From Lama guanicoe (lineage: Eukaryota): a DNA stretch of 64,000 nucleotides. The notes beneath the pieces were generated by a model. That model did no database searches. It was not told where the DNA came from and saw nothing but the letters and a program-made list of their open reading frames with translations. The DNA is taken from NCBI GenBank assembly GCA_013239625.1, contig MU057344.1:2048276-2112275 (forward strand), in the 5' to 3' direction. Positions 13,601 through 26,003 of this stretch are shown here, piece by piece. How positions within the stretch are numbered: the first letter of the stretch is position 1; each line of letters begins with the position of its first letter. The position numbers were made by a program, and so were the translations under genes.

Positions 13601-16600
13601 TCACGCTCACCCTCATCCACCCGCGTCCTTCCTTCCTCCCCAGCGCCCACCGGCCACACGGCCAAGCACACAGACGCTCCCGGGAGGCCCTAACGAGCCA
13701 TCGGCACCGCTGCCTCCTCTGGTTCTCGCCCTCCTGGGGCGGGCGCGGGACTGAGGCTGCACTCATCAGGGAGGACTTGGGGATTCTGCCCACAGTGGGA
13801 TGCATGCTCCTCTTGGATGGCACAGCGTGCAGCCCTGAGGCTGGGGGCCACGTGATGGGTCCCCCTAGGGTGCCCGGAACCACAGGAAACAGTCGCCGGA
13901 CAGGAAGAAGCCAGGCTTTGCTGACACTGCCGAGCTACTGAATCAAACCGACCTGAAACCCGACAATCTCTTAAATTCCTGGTTATAAAGGCCAGCAGCC
14001 CCCCGGTTCGAGCCCGGCCTTCTACTACCTACAACACAGGGAGTTCTAGCAGGTGCGGTGACCACACGGCGTGTGCCGAGGCTCTGCTGAGGTCACCTCA
14101 AGTCGGGTACCTGACAGACACTCCCCTCAGTCCGGGGAACGACCCCGAGTGGGTGGCTGCAAGCTCACAGACAGAAAGCAGGGGCCCGGGTGGGGAGTGC
14201 CTCAGCCCCGCCAGGCAAGGGGGCAGGACTGGGCGGGGGCTGACTGCCTATGTCCCCACGTCCCAGCCACGGCGCTCTGCCCCTCCCCTGGAACACAGGC
14301 AGGAAAGGGTGTCCCACTCGTGCCCCCCTACACGCCGCCCGCACCAGGAAGCCCCGCACACACAGTCCTCACGCCACACCTGCTGATCAACTGTACTGGT
14401 GCGACACCGAGTTACCAACCTGGGTCTTGGGAGGAGGGTCTGTGGTGGGCGGCGGCTGGTCCACCGCAGGGCACTGAGGAGACGTGTCTGGGGCAGGGGC
14501 CGAAGGCTTCTCCTGCAGGAAGGGGTCTGCAAGGTGGCTTCCTGCCCCTCGTTGTCCTGGTGGTGGCAGTGAGGGCACCAGCTGCTGGTGGTGGGGGCTG
14601 ACGGAGCGGAGGAGGGGCTGCAGGGGCAGGTCAAGAGGCCTTCGCATCTGGGGGAAAACGGGACCCTTACTCCCCGTGTCACTGCCATGCCAGGCCCAGC
14701 CCTCTTGCTCCTGGTGGGGGGGAGCGGTTTCAGAAAGCAGAGGGCTGCAACCACACTGACAACGTCCTCCAGCCCTTGGACCGTCTCCGGGTGGTTCCCG
14801 TGTGGACCCGCCAGCGACATGCACGCCAAATGCCAGTGTGACCCTGAGCACATGTGCACGGGCGCTGCCGTGTGGGGCAGATGGGCTGGGGCAGCCACGG
14901 GCAGGGCTGGCAGCACCCAGGCAGGACCAAGCAGTGGTGCTGGCGGCCCCTGGTCGCCCTGAGGAGCGCAAGGACTGGGCGGGTGTTAACCTGCTGCTTT
15001 GGGCAGATGACGTGGTCACGACCCCCTCCTCACCCCGTGGACAGGGCGGGGAAGCCTGGCACAGAGCGGCCAAGGATGGAGGCCAAGCCAGCAGAGCTGG
15101 ACCCGAAGGGTGGGCACCAGGCCCAGCAGGGAGCCCCCAAGTCTGCACCCCCAGCACCATCCTCCAAGCGCTGGCGCTGGGCCTCAGTGTCCTGGCCTGT
15201 GACGTGGGCTCTGGAGACGAGGGCAGAGGCCCCTGCCCCACCCCTCCCTAGTCAGCCTGAGCCGTCAGGGTGATGCTCGGCTGACACCCCAAGGGGTGCG
15301 AGGGGCAGGGCCGCCACCAGTTCACCGACAGGGGCTGGGGAGATGGAGGGACCAAGTGGGGAGCCTTCCCACCACCTCCTCTACCGTCAGGGGCCGCAGC
15401 CACCTGTCGCCTGCGGGCCTGCCCCACCCACCAGCTCGGCGTCCAGCAGGTCATGCAGCCGCAGCTGCTCGTACACGCGGCTGCGGTAGCGCTCCATTTG
15501 CTGCTTCTTCTCCTTGGCCAGGTCGTAGTCCTCCTTCTCCACCGCGCAGCGCTTCTCCACCTCGAACCTGCCCAGCCGCTCCCCGACCTGGGCACACGCG
15601 TCGGCTTTGCAGTAATGCTGGAGGACAGTGTGGGCGGCCGTCCCCATGTCCCGGGGGATGGGGAGTGATGGGCCTTTCGGGCCCAGGACGACTCTGGAGG
15701 AGCGCACCGTCCCAGGCGCTTTCATCCATCTGGGGCCGGGTGGTGCTCGCCGCCCTGAACCCCCACTGACCCCCGCAGCCTCCGAGGCCTGCTCACTGGT
15801 CTGAACAGCTACCAGGGTGACGGAACATGTACCTTCTGCAAATCGGCAACGGCTTGCTTCAGCTTCTTAGCGTAGTCGTAACGCTCCTTCCGCACGGCTT
15901 CGCGTTTCCTTTCATCTAGTTTGCGTATAATCTGCGCCACTTCCGGGTCCTGGTACATGTCAAAAGCTAAGTCGTCTAGCGGGGAGATATAGTCAGATTT
16001 CCTAGAGGAAAGAAAAGAGTATTTCAGGGCCGGCGTCAGCCCACGTGATGCTGCAGAAGAGGGGCCTGTGGGCTCAGGGCTGAAGACACCAGGGTGGTCT
16101 GGAAAGTGCCCCCCTGCCTCCAAAACTGGAATGTTTCCTGCTGAGAAAGTGGGGGCTCAGAGGAGCCCGTGATAGGCCTCAGGTCGCAAAGCAGCAAGCC
16201 CAGCGGGTCTTTCTGAGGCCGCAGCTCACACGCTTGACCATGAATTAGCTGCCCTCGGGGCATCTGACCTTCAGCGCGTCCACTCACTCGTTTTCACTCA
16301 CTCGTTCGACAGGCACTCCGAGTGCAGACCATGTCGGGCTCTGCTGTGGGCGCAGGGACAGGGCAGTGCGCGTGGATCATTGGTAGACGTGGGGAAACCA
16401 GAGCCAGCCGCGACCAGGCCCGTCCCCTGGCAGAGGCAGACTCGGTGGCCCAGGCAGGCACTTCCTGCCGCAGTAACGGTGACGGACATGAAAGATGGAG
16501 AACTGCTACCCCGGGCTTGAGCCTCAAAGCGTCAGACTGTGAGACGCGGCTGCCCAGCCCTGCAGTCAGGAAGATCCCTCCCGGAGTAAGTGACCCAAGT

Positions 16601-19600
16601 CACCTGAATGCCCTGATAGGTGCCCCCCTCCCCGCCTCCAGCCCTCCAGCCAGCCAGCCAGCAGCTCTCCTCCGGGCCTGACGTTCTCTAACTACCCAAC
16701 AGAAATGCTGGCGGATGCCTTTCACAGCCTCCCGATCTGCTGGGTCAGCGGCAGAAAGGAGGCTGCTGGTGGCTCTGAGCTGGACGCCCTGCACACAGGT
16801 GAACTTATTAGACAGAGCATCTGTCGTAGAAATTTGGTGGGTTAATAGTAAATTCAAACAGGACAGGGGACCAGGCCGTCTTTCAAAAGCACCAAGTCCC
16901 CCTCCTGACTCCCTGGCCTCAGGCAGTTTGCAGGAGGAGCCGCGGGCAGGGAGGCCGGGGCGGCTTCGAACCCCCTCATCTCAGTGGCGAGTGAAGAGCC
17001 CAGGGCCCACGTGTTGACGAGATCCGCGGGGCTACTGTGCCCAAGTGCGCACTGACCCCTCAAGTCTAACTCACGTCGCCTAGAAAATCTAGAGGTGAAA
17101 CCAAGCCGTCGCTGCAGCACAGAGGTCCATGAGGGACACAGCGGGGTCGGAATTCTGGGCATCTCAGGGCCCCAAGGAGCCCCAGGTGCCTGAGATGGGT
17201 TGCGCCTCTGGCACTGCACACAACCTTTCAGGACCTCACTTCACCTTCCAGAAGAATGGGGGGGACGCGGCAGGACTGCAGTCCACCGGCCCACTTGGCC
17301 AACGCGATGCAAAACTGACTTAAAGAGAAACGAGACCCCCAGAGAGCTCACATCGGGGGCCCCAAGACCGGCCAGCCAGCGCCCTCCCAGCTCCTCAGCC
17401 TTGTGGGTCACCGAGGGTGGAGCCCTGGAGCGGCCCCACGATGACACCTGCGGGGAGTGGCTCGAGCACCTGATCCTTAGCGCTGCACTCCCCCGCCCCA
17501 GCATCCCTCGTCCCCACCTTGAAAGGCAAGGACCCCATCAGGCCGAGGACCTGGGTTGAGACTGAGGAGGAGCTCGTGCAGGTGTGGCAGGTCACTCTTG
17601 TCACGACCTCTCACACACCACTGCCCAGCATGCCACCCTCACCGCCACCATGGTGGCCCCTGCCTCAGGCTCAAGGGCCCCATGGAGCCCAGGCTGCAGG
17701 GGATGGGGCCCTGCAGCGAGCAGGCTCACTGGCCGCTGGGTGCATGCCTGGCAGAGCCACCGGCGCCCGGGCCATCACCGACTCCATGTATGATGCAGAG
17801 AAGCCGGCTTAGCGGCCGCGCCAGTACCCGACCCCATGTGAGAGATGGCGCACAAGTCACGGCAGACACCACACGGCCGCGGGAGCCCAGCGGCGTCTTG
17901 TCTTTTCTCTGCTGGGGAGCTGCTGACAGGGACACACTGGGTATCGTTCTGAATTCCCTTCTTTAGGCCGGGCACCCAGGGAGTGGCCCCTTGCTCCAGT
18001 GGACAGTGAGCACGTGGCAAGAGTGCTGGAGGCCTCTGCCCCAGGGGCGCCGGGATCAGGGGGTGGACAGGACCCTGCCACCAGGCCCTTCAGCCTCGCT
18101 CTCCACACCTGACCCGCTAAAGAGAAGCAGCAAGACGGAGAGGTCGAGAGGGCGGTCACTGAGGGCGTGTCCGGAGGGGACCTGTAGAGACCCATGTGGC
18201 GTGCGTCCGCATCCTGAGGAAAGTTCCAAAGCAGACAAGATGGCGCCTCCGGTAACTGGCCACCTGGCCAAGTGATACCTTCCAGTCTCACCCATGAACC
18301 TGCCTGTGCCTCTGAGGTGCCAGCCAGTGGCGACAGGCCCTTCATCTGAGCACATCTTAGAACCTCTCTAGTAACACCTGAACACACGAGAAATGCAGTC
18401 ATCTCTGAAGGGCGGGCGTGGAGGGTGCGCTAAATAAAACAGGGGACTTCACCTGCGGTGGGTTCAGGACAGCCCTGTCAGTGGCTCCTCCAGCTCCGGA
18501 CTCAATTCCGAGGCCCCCAAGTCCAGGGTCCTTTGGAGATGACTCACACTTTCATGATTCCAGGGAAAGTCACGCAAGTTTCCCGCCCTGCAGGGGATGC
18601 TTACGCGGTGCAAGTTCCTTCGAGAGCTGGGTCCTCCGTGCTGTGTCCCAGGTAGTGGTCAATCAGCTTCTCCCTGGAGGCCTTGGGGAGAGGAAGTCCC
18701 GCTTACTGTCTCAGAGGAAAAGGAGTGACACAAACCCTGACCTGGAGACGACGCGGTAAGAAACATCAGCGAGCTTCGACGACCCCGGTCCTCTGGGGGG
18801 ACACTAAAATTCTCAAGGACAGTTTGATATACAGCAGCTGCAAGAATGCCCTGCTAGGTATTCACCAGACGCTCTGATAAAGATTTTTAGGATGACACTT
18901 TTTGTGACAAAAATAAATGCTCCCCTCCCATCCTTCCGTGTTAGAGACAAATGATCCTCTTTAGGAACGAACGTCCCAAACTTACAACATCGCTTTCGTC
19001 GCCGACATCTGCAGGGTCTCCAATGATGTTTATTGCAACCAAAGCAACCTGAGAGAGAGTCGATTGATAGAAATTACATGTGAAACGTCTGGTGTGACTT
19101 AAACTCTTTGTAACAAACTCTCACTGACTCGCCCTCAAATGGGAGGCGCACGTCACAGGGTGTGAGCTGGAAAACCTCACGCTCACGCAGGACCACTGTT
19201 CACCACTCCTGTCAATCACCTAAGTCCGTGCTCTAATGCTGAACCCAGGGTCTGAAGGATGTTAAAACAATAGCTAAAAACCCTCCGACACTTTAGCCCA
19301 GACTTGCCTTGAACTCTCCACTCAAGGTTAAGGATGGGGTCATCTCTCTACGATGGTGGTAAATTCGACAACGAAATGAAAACCCACGTTAACACAGCTG
19401 GGTTCGTCTAAGTCAGCGGTTCTCCCCGGACGGGGAGGAGTCGCCTTCCCGGACCCCCTTCCTCGAGAATCAAATCACTGCAGCTGAGCTAACAAGCGGG
19501 GGTTATGGCGAGCACTCGCACGTGGGAGAGGGAGGAAGAGGCTCAGAATCACCCCAGTTAGCTGCCCACAGCGCTCCACCCCAGAGCCCCCCTTCCCCAC

Positions 19601-22600
19601 CCGGCTCCGCACAGAGCTCTGCCTGGTGGGCATGCCTGCCGGCCTCTTGGAGGGGCTGGGAGTGTGGTAAATATTTGTGCGAGTTTGCTCGAAAAAGATT
19701 GCTTTGGACACCAGTGATTTCCACTCCATTAATTATGCCAAAAAAAAAAAAGGAAAAAGAAAGAAAGGGAGGCTGGGAGCTAGAGAGATCCTGGATTGCA
19801 CATGACATGAAACAAGGTTCCCAATTTCCACCAGGGGCTGCAGCTCGCACAAGTGTAGTGGGTTTACCCGGAGCGGTGCTGTCCAACAGAAACACAACGC
19901 AAATCATGTGTGCGATTGTAAGTTCTCTAGTAGACACAGGAAAGGGTGTGAAAGAAGCAGAGGAAACTGATCTTAGTAACATGTCGAAGCCTAACAGCCG
20001 AACAGCGTCACCCCCTCGCGCGACTGAGCCTAGCCGGTGCGCGGCCCCCGCAGCTGGACCGGCCCCGCTCCGGGTGCGCACAGCCAGCGTGGCCGGGGCT
20101 CCCAAGCAAAGGGTGCGGCCGCGGGCCGCCTGACCCTTCCGCACAGATGCCCCTCGCTGGGCAGTCTGATGGCAAACGGGCTCCTCTGAGCCCGTCACGC
20201 TGTGAAGGGGGCACTCTTTCTAAAGCATAATGTTGTCGGCTGCTGACGTTCTATGCATTTTATGACTCTGTAACAGATGCTAATGTAACTGATATTGCCT
20301 TGTGGACATTTTCAAATAATAATAATACGGTACTTTGGTACAGAAAATTCTGCTTACCTCGTTGAAAAGTGTTAAAATAGAGTAGCTTATGTTAGTGGTA
20401 ACGGTTACATATACATATGTAAGCACAGTTTTAATTAATGTTTCAAAGGTAAAATATTCCTTTGTGTTGCTGGGAAACTTTTAAATGCTGATTAGATATT
20501 AAAACTAATACAGTAAGAACAAAAGAGAGTCTGAAACGCCCTGAGGGGGAGGACGAGTCCTGGGGGCGGGCGCCCGGGGGGCCCGAGCGCCTCACCTGGT
20601 TGTACACGTTGTACTTGTTGACATGGTTCTGGTGAAAGACCAGCTTCAGGAACTGCCCCACTGCGTCCACATAAACGGACTTCAGTTCCCGGGCTTTGCA
20701 GCCTGTCTTTTCATTGTCACAGAGAGACACGTACCTGCAAGAAAAAACTCGACTCCAGAATCACGTTGATTCGGAAATACGCTGCCCCTCTGTACCCTCT
20801 GAGCTCAGTGAGTTTCAAGGAAAACTTAGGTTTGGATTGAAAAAGTCCTAGGAAAAAAGCCGCAAAGTCAACTTCTAAACAGCCTGTCTTAGGACAAGTT
20901 CTGCACCTGGAAAGGGGGGTTGAACGCTGCTGATACAACGGTGGCCTGGCTTAGTAAGCGCATTCACCACGAGGCAGGTGTTAGGAAATCGCGCAATCTT
21001 GACCCACATGCAAGGACCTAGAGGAGGACCGAGAGCAAGGGGCAGTTCCTTAGCTTTCACTGCTTTGAGGTGGAACTGGCCTGGCTGAAAGTTGCCACCA
21101 TACATTCTGAAACCGTCCTTACCCAAGCCTTCGAAAGCGCTCGGCTGGGCGCGGTGCGAGGCGCTCGGGCAGGCTCTGGCCCATGTAGAACTCCACCTTG
21201 CTCGGGATCAGGCACTGATGGGCCAGCAGCTGCAGCTTTCTCACTCGACACCGCTCCACCATTTGCAGAACAATTTCTTGTGGAAACTGGCAAAATCTGA
21301 AAGCAAACACACTTTGTTTTTTCCGCACGATTCCCACAGAGGGCTTCTGGATGTCTGCACCCTGCTTCCACGTGACGTGGCCGGTCTGTGGGTCCGAGGC
21401 CGCGAGGCCACCAGCCCCGTCCCCGCAGCCTCACAGTTGGAGCAGGGGCTCCGAGCGAAGGTGTGATGGGGTCTGCCGCCCCCGGTGTGAACCACACTTT
21501 GAGCAGTTAGTTCATGGTTTGAATGAAACTTCAAGTTAATCACGAGTCACACATCAATCTAAAGAGGCTGTGCTGTGAGTCGCAGGATTTTCCACAGGAA
21601 CCTAAATCCCCTTGCTTCCCAGAACCCTGAGCTGATGGAGCAGCGGTCAGTCGGCCCCGTGCCCCGCACACGCAGCAGCCCAGAGGAGGAACCTGTCCCC
21701 ACCGGAGCTGCTACTCCTGCTCAGAAGTGACTCAGTGCGCTGGAAACCTCTCTCGTGGTGTATGATCGTGCCCAGGCGACACAGAGCACCGGCTGCACAC
21801 AGCAGTGGGCTGCCCAGGGCATCAGAGCGGGGAAGCACCGAGGACAGGCTGTTGGGAAAGGCCCTTCCAACACCAGTGTCCGACCCTGCATGAGCGCCTT
21901 GGTAGACCATCCACTGGCCCGCCTGGCCCCTCTCTCTCCTCTTCTCCCAGCCAAGCCAGCCTGCCTTTTCTTTCGACCCGATCGGCCTCCTCCCGACCTC
22001 ACACAGACAGACTCTAGGACCCCCTTTGTAGGGAACCCTCCCGTGATCCTGAATCCCTCCCCGGCTCGCAGCCCGTTTCTCAGCTGCCACCCCAGCCAAT
22101 GTCACAGGTCACTCTTGTGAAGGCCACTCTGACCTCTGTGATGCTGTCTGTGACCTGCACCTCCCAGCCCTGACCTTGCTCAGCCCACGAGCCTGGCCCA
22201 CCTGGCCACCCCTCCTGGCCCCTTCCTGCCTCAGGCTGCCTCCCTGTCCAAGCCCGACTGTGCCTGGACTCCTGCGTCTGGGTCAGGTGCCGGGCTCCCT
22301 GCTCCAGCAAGACCCACTGGAGGGGATCCCATCAGTTCTATCACGAAGAACCCCAAGTGAACACCACCTGTGTCTGAACCTGCGCATCCAGCCGGCAACC
22401 TGATGTTCCATGGATGCGCCCACAAGGCACTCGAGGTGACAGACAAAACCCACCCCCGCCCAGCTCCCCCATTCCACCCCCACCAGCATCCCCCAGCTTT
22501 TCCCACCTCAGCAGTGGCCCGCCGCCCACCCCATGGCCCACGCCTGTCCTTAACTCCTAACAGGATGGCCAGAGCCCCCCAGCTCTGCCTGATGGCTCCC

Positions 22601-25600
22601 TGCTGTGATGTGGTGACCTGGCTGCAGGCGGGCGGGCGGTCAGGACAGAAGGAGGAAGGGCACAGAAAGGAACGTCAGGCTAGACCAGGCAGGGCGGGTG
22701 GGAACCTCTGTGTGTAGCTGAGGGACACGGCAGGGTGAGCGGGGGTGGGGGAGAGCTGGTGACCGCGGGCTGAGCGGGCTTGTTCTGGGGTTGTGATCCC
22801 TGGGGTTCCCGAACACTTGAGATTTCAAAAATGCACAGGTTGTAAGGGGAGTGCTCGTGAGGCAGGAGGGCAGCCAGGACCGGGGACCAGCAGCTCGAAC
22901 CTCCAACACCCTCCCTCCCCACTTTAGCCAAGTGCCGCTTTAGACACGGGCGACATGTGCTGTGTTTAAACGCAAGGCACACGCGTTATAACTTGTGGTG
23001 AGACCACTCTAGACATAAGGACTCTTGGTAATCTATTGTGAAAAAAATCCTTTATTATTTTTTAAACAACCTCCAAAATTGTTTAAAGAAAATTAAGACA
23101 ATTGACAAAATTTTCAAATTGTATTTTTTTGAAGTTGTGTATTTTAAAACCCTTTAAAAAAAAGGGCTATGACTCAGCTGTTCAAATGCAGCTTATCAAG
23201 AGTTTATAGATGAACCAGAAAAACCCTCAAGCTGATTAAAGGAAGAAACAACACACTCTGCAAGTGAACAAAGGGAAACCTCGTCCAAAGCAGAGCCGGG
23301 GGCCCTGAAGGGGGCTCTCGGGGGTGTCCCTGACCTCGCTCCTGGGCGGGAAGCAGCTGGCTGCGCTGTGCCTGCAGAGGCGGACTTCCTCCCTGCCCAG
23401 CCACGGCCCGGCCAACGGGAAATGTCAGCGGCCGGGACCCTCGCTCCCCTCCTGGGGGCTTTGTTCCCAGCAGCCCCTCCCAACCTCCTCCTTTTCTCCA
23501 TTAAGTAACGTTCCTCTCCCTCCTTTGTTCCCCACATTTCCTGCGGTTTCGCCACAGTCTGCATGTTCCGAACTGCAGTTCCTTGCCGCCGTGAAGTAAG
23601 CTCACTTTGCTAGTAAGACCCCTGGCTGTTTGATTTTTAAGGCTGACATGACCTAAAAAGGCTGGTGTGTCATTTTTCAGGACAAACTGACAGCTCTATG
23701 TGTCTCTTGAGTTTTGCTTTTTTTTTTTTAATGGAGGTGCTGGGGATTGAACCCAGGACTCCGTGCGTGCTGAGTGTGTGCTCTGCCACTGAGCTCTGCT
23801 CGCCCTGATTTCTTTTTGAATAAAAATAATTTGACAAAAAGTTCCTGCCTGGAGGCTCTGGTCATTGGTGTAAACTTTGTGCTCTCTTGGAGAGGCGTGT
23901 CTCGCGCCCTGAAGACGGCAGGCCCTGTGGATTCCCACGCTGGAGAGACACTGGAGGCACTTCCTTTGTGCCCTGTAAAGCCCCCCAGGGCCCCCCCAGT
24001 ACAGCCCTATTAGGCCCTCTGACCTGGGCTAACAGCGCCCTGCCCTCTCTCGGGAGACTTGGTTTGAGGGCACTTTCCTTTGCCTCCGTATGATGCGCCT
24101 GACCTCAGGGAACACTGTGTTGAAGGCAGGAGACCCCAGGCCCAGCCCAGGATGAGTCTGAGTGGTGATCCAGGTGCGTATCCCCTTTCTTTGGGGGGAC
24201 TGGAAAGCCTACTGCTAAAACGAGGAGAGGGCACGTCCCAGAAGGGGCACCGTGTCAATACAGGAAAGAATCATGTTAGTATTGCTCGTATAAATACTTC
24301 TAGAAACGGGGTCCGGGCCGTACAGTCAAGGACCTTTGATTCGCGCATGAACACCGAACAAGCGCATCTAGCCTAAAGGACCTCTTCCGGAGGGGGATGC
24401 AGGCAGGGGAGGCGGGGGAATGGAAGACGTTCGCATAAAACCATGGCCCCAGCTCACTCCGGGCCTCCGGCCTGGGGAGAGGCAGAACTGGACTGACTTG
24501 TGAGTGCAGGGGGTGGGTATGGATGTGCCCCAGGCTGCCTGCGTGGGGTGTTCCTCCCCCGTCCCTCCCGCCCGCCCGTGGCACCCAGGAGGCTGCCCTG
24601 GCTGGGCAGGGCGGCGCGCAGCTGGGGCAGGCCCGGGACGCTTCCTTGCCTGCAGATAAGGCCCTCGGTCCCAGTTATCAGCTTCAGCAGCAAGAAAGGG
24701 GCTGTCTACCCCCATCTGCTTACTCCTGTTTAATTTCTCAGTTCATTGAGAATGGAGCCCTAATTGTTGAGGTCCCTCAACAACTCTAAAAAGAAAATAT
24801 ATTTGAATTTTAAATAGGATTTACATTCAACTTTTCAGCAATACATCTTCTGAATAAAAGTAAGTGGCAAGTGTATGACTGAATTTAAACGTCATGCATG
24901 TTCACACATTTGTGAGTCTGGAGCAAACAGCACCTTCTACTCGATCTCGGAAAACAAGTCACGAGGAGGTGACAGCCCGGGAGGCGAGTGGCCTCAGGCG
25001 GCTGACATTGAGGATGTGTAGGGGGCCTGACCAGGCCTGGGGGCTTCTCCACAACGAACTCTGCCTCCACTTTTGGGGAAGAATGAAGGCCTCTCAGGAA
25101 AAGACTTCAAGGTTTCAGAAACACACTCACTAGTACTACATCGCTCAAGTAGTGAGCATTTTTGAAGGTGTACAAACATTCCAGATGGATTCGAAAGAGA
25201 CTTTCTGGGTCAAAGTCCCAAGCTACACGAAAGCTGCCAGATGCAAAACCTCTACCACGGAGCTCAGTCGAGGGCGCGGCAGGGCCCTTCCCCCCATCCT
25301 CTGCACGCGCACACTGCTCGGGCGAGCATGGGCTACTGCTATCAGGAAAAGGGTAAACAAGTCTTTACAAACAGAAGGAAGGAAATCCAGGAGGTAACTA
25401 GGCTGGTGAATCCACGGGGAACCCGACCCTCCAGTGGCTCTGCCGTCTGAGTCATAATAAAACTCAGATAACAAAGCGGAGGCCAGAGCCCGCCTGCTCC
25501 TGAGAGCCCCCCGCCCGCGGCCCCCGGCCCGGCCCACCTCGGCGACCTCCACCCGCTGACAGTCGGAGCGTGGACCATGAGTTCCCGGGCACTGAAGCCG

Positions 25601-25650
25601 TCTTCGTGTCCGGACGAGCTGACAACCACGAATCCAATCTTGTGGGGCAT
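1563..25650 (-). CDS. CEP104: Centrosomal protein of 104 kDa, spliced CDS span of exons 2-20 (3'-truncated by the window edge)
   Basis: 19 GT-AG exons join into one open frame starting MPHKIGFVVVSSSGHEDGFSARELMVHAPTVSGWRSPR. It continues through the N-terminal jelly-roll region, coiled coil, TOG-like helical region and C2HC zinc fingers (LCIFC..HYWKHC, CDHC..HLLTEC, CHRC..HIKAKDC, CPLC). Matches mammalian CEP104 as recalled. Confidence 0.97.
1785..1923 (-). CDS. CEP104: CEP104 exon 19 (139 nt)
   Basis: VVEICSLTEHLLTECDKKASFGKCHRCSEAVVKEELPRHIKAKDCN; gcccag / gtgagt. Confidence 0.95.
3423..3531 (-). CDS. CEP104: CEP104 exon 18 (109 nt)
   Basis: LCIFCGERSESFTEEGLDLHYWKHCLMLTRCDHCRQ; tttcag / gtcagg. 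Confidence 0.96.
3863..3929 (-). CDS. CEP104: CEP104 exon 17 (67 nt)
   Basis: DTPEGKAAPPSAPEIPDSRYLDN; ctccag / gtgagt. Confidence 0.9.
4147..4183 (-). CDS. CEP104: CEP104 exon 16 (37 nt)
   Basis: EKESEAAKAQDP; tcttag / gtacgt; phase matches exon 17. Confidence 0.88.
5957..6079 (-). CDS. CEP104: CEP104 exon 15 (123 nt with the GT donor; 108 nt if it ends at 5972)
   Basis: AQKRVATGEAEKRKKEEVTALQGQ...; taccag acceptor; the GT donor nearest the expected exon end is CAG|gtcagg at 5957/5956, in frame. Confidence 0.8.
6420..6626 (-). CDS. CEP104: CEP104 exon 14 (207 nt)
   Basis: FSARALEHRVPEVREAAVRL...YKTIFEGFAKIDGRPTDAEIR; gctcag / gtaagt. Confidence 0.95.
9728..9904 (-). CDS. CEP104: CEP104 exon 13 (177 nt)
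   Basis: EMALCKEVRSLQIIPAYLVQPLK...DSVMK; ttgcag / gtgagc. Confidence 0.95.
11494..11667 (-). CDS. CEP104: CEP104 exon 12 (174 nt)
   Basis: VFQASLKLLKMIITQYIPKHKLSKLETAHCVERT...NFIQ; ccttag / gtatga. Confidence 0.95.
12264..12431 (-). CDS. CEP104: CEP104 exon 11 (168 nt)
   Basis: VAGAYSRSWSHREGALLAL...IRDIVTP; ccgcag / gtgagt. Confidence 0.94.
12929..13126 (-). CDS. CEP104: CEP104 exon 10 (198 nt)
   Basis: PESLPYDERPLPAI...EPEPLTEKALREASSAVDVLGEAL; ctgcag / gtaaag. Confidence 0.94.
13361..13518 (+). mobile_element. tRNA-derived SINE (camelid Vic-1-like)
   Basis: agctcagggatagag...ttagcatgcacgaggtcctgggttcaatcccc (A/B boxes) followed by an A-rich tail. Confidence 0.85.
14420..14647 (-). 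CDS. CEP104: CEP104 exon 9 (228 nt)
   Basis: MRRPLDLPLQP...DPPPKTQ; cccccag / gttggt (the phase-0 donor needed to join exon 10). Confidence 0.88.
15432..15587 (-). CDS. CEP104: CEP104 exon 8 (156 nt)
   Basis: VGERLGRFEVEKRCAVEKEDYDLAK...LLDAEL; gcccag / gtgggt. Confidence 0.93.
15833..16001 (-). CDS. CEP104: CEP104 exon 7 (169 nt)
   Basis: KSDYISPLDDLAFDMYQDPEV...ADLQK; ctctag / gtacat. Confidence 0.95.
18605..18681 (-). CDS. CEP104: CEP104 exon 6 (77 nt)
   Basis: ASREKLIDHYLGHSTEDPALEGTCT; ccccaag / gtaagc. Confidence 0.93.
18986..19048 (-). CDS. CEP104: CEP104 exon 5 (63 nt)
   Basis: VALVAINIIGDPADVGDESDV; ctctcag / gtaagt. Confidence 0.93.
19875..19985 (+). mobile_element. hAT-Charlie DNA transposon relic (MER33/MER3-like)
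   Basis: gtgctgtccaacagaaacacaacgc...ttctctagtagacaca resembles the recalled MER33 5' end. Confidence 0.6.
20596..20734 (-). CDS. CEP104: CEP104 exon 4 (139 nt)
   Basis: YVSLCDNEKTGCKARELKSV...NVYNQ; ttgcag / gtgagg. Confidence 0.95.
21123..21296 (-). CDS. CEP104: CEP104 exon 3 (174 nt)
   Basis: FCQFPQEIVLQMVERC...ERFRRLG; ttttcag-like acceptor (ctttcag), donor gtaagg. Confidence 0.95.
23150..23648 (+). mobile_element. ERV1-class solo LTR (MER34/MER39-like); left boundary uncertain
   Basis: U5-like end ccgaactgcagttcctt...aagtaagctcactttg...ttttaaggctgaCA. Confidence 0.55.
23718..23805 (-). mobile_element. tRNA-derived SINE (Vic-1-like, short)
   Basis: poly-T then ggggattgaacccaggact...ccactgagct. 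Confidence 0.82.
25538..25650 (-). CDS. CEP104: CEP104 exon 2 coding part (113 nt; exon starts 25663)
   Basis: ATG 25650-25648, MPHKIG...GWRSPR; acceptor taaacag, donor AG|gtgggc. Confidence 0.95.
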
Positions 25651-25804
25651 TCTGCACTCGGGGCTGTTTATGGGAGCAGGAGAGACAGCTTTCAAATCAA
25701 GGAACTCAGAAGCACGTAACACTGAAAGTGTTTGTTCAAAGTCCTTCACGACCTGGCCAGGACTGTCCCATCACTTTGAAAGAGTCCAGTTTCTTGTTAA
25801 GTAC

Positions 25805-25905
25805 TTTTTTTTTTGTATTTATTTAATGGCAGTATTGGGGATGGAATCCAGGACCTTGTGCGTGCTAAGCATACACTCTACCACTGAGCTATACCATCCC
25901 TGCCC
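25805..25905 (-). mobile_element. tRNA-derived SINE with target-site duplication
   Basis: Same family; TCTTGTTAAGTACTTTT at 25792 and 25906. Confidence 0.88.
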
Positions 25906-26003
25906 TCTTGTTAAGTACTTTTCATGGCACCTCTAATTCCACATAAGGCATCATTTAACTTACCTTAACGTCTCCCAAATATATGTCCAAACAGTGTGGC
26001 CAG

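Noticed and set aside
14387-15241. 284-aa minus-strand ORF
   Set aside because: Only 14420-14647 is CEP104 exon 9; the rest is open intronic sequence.
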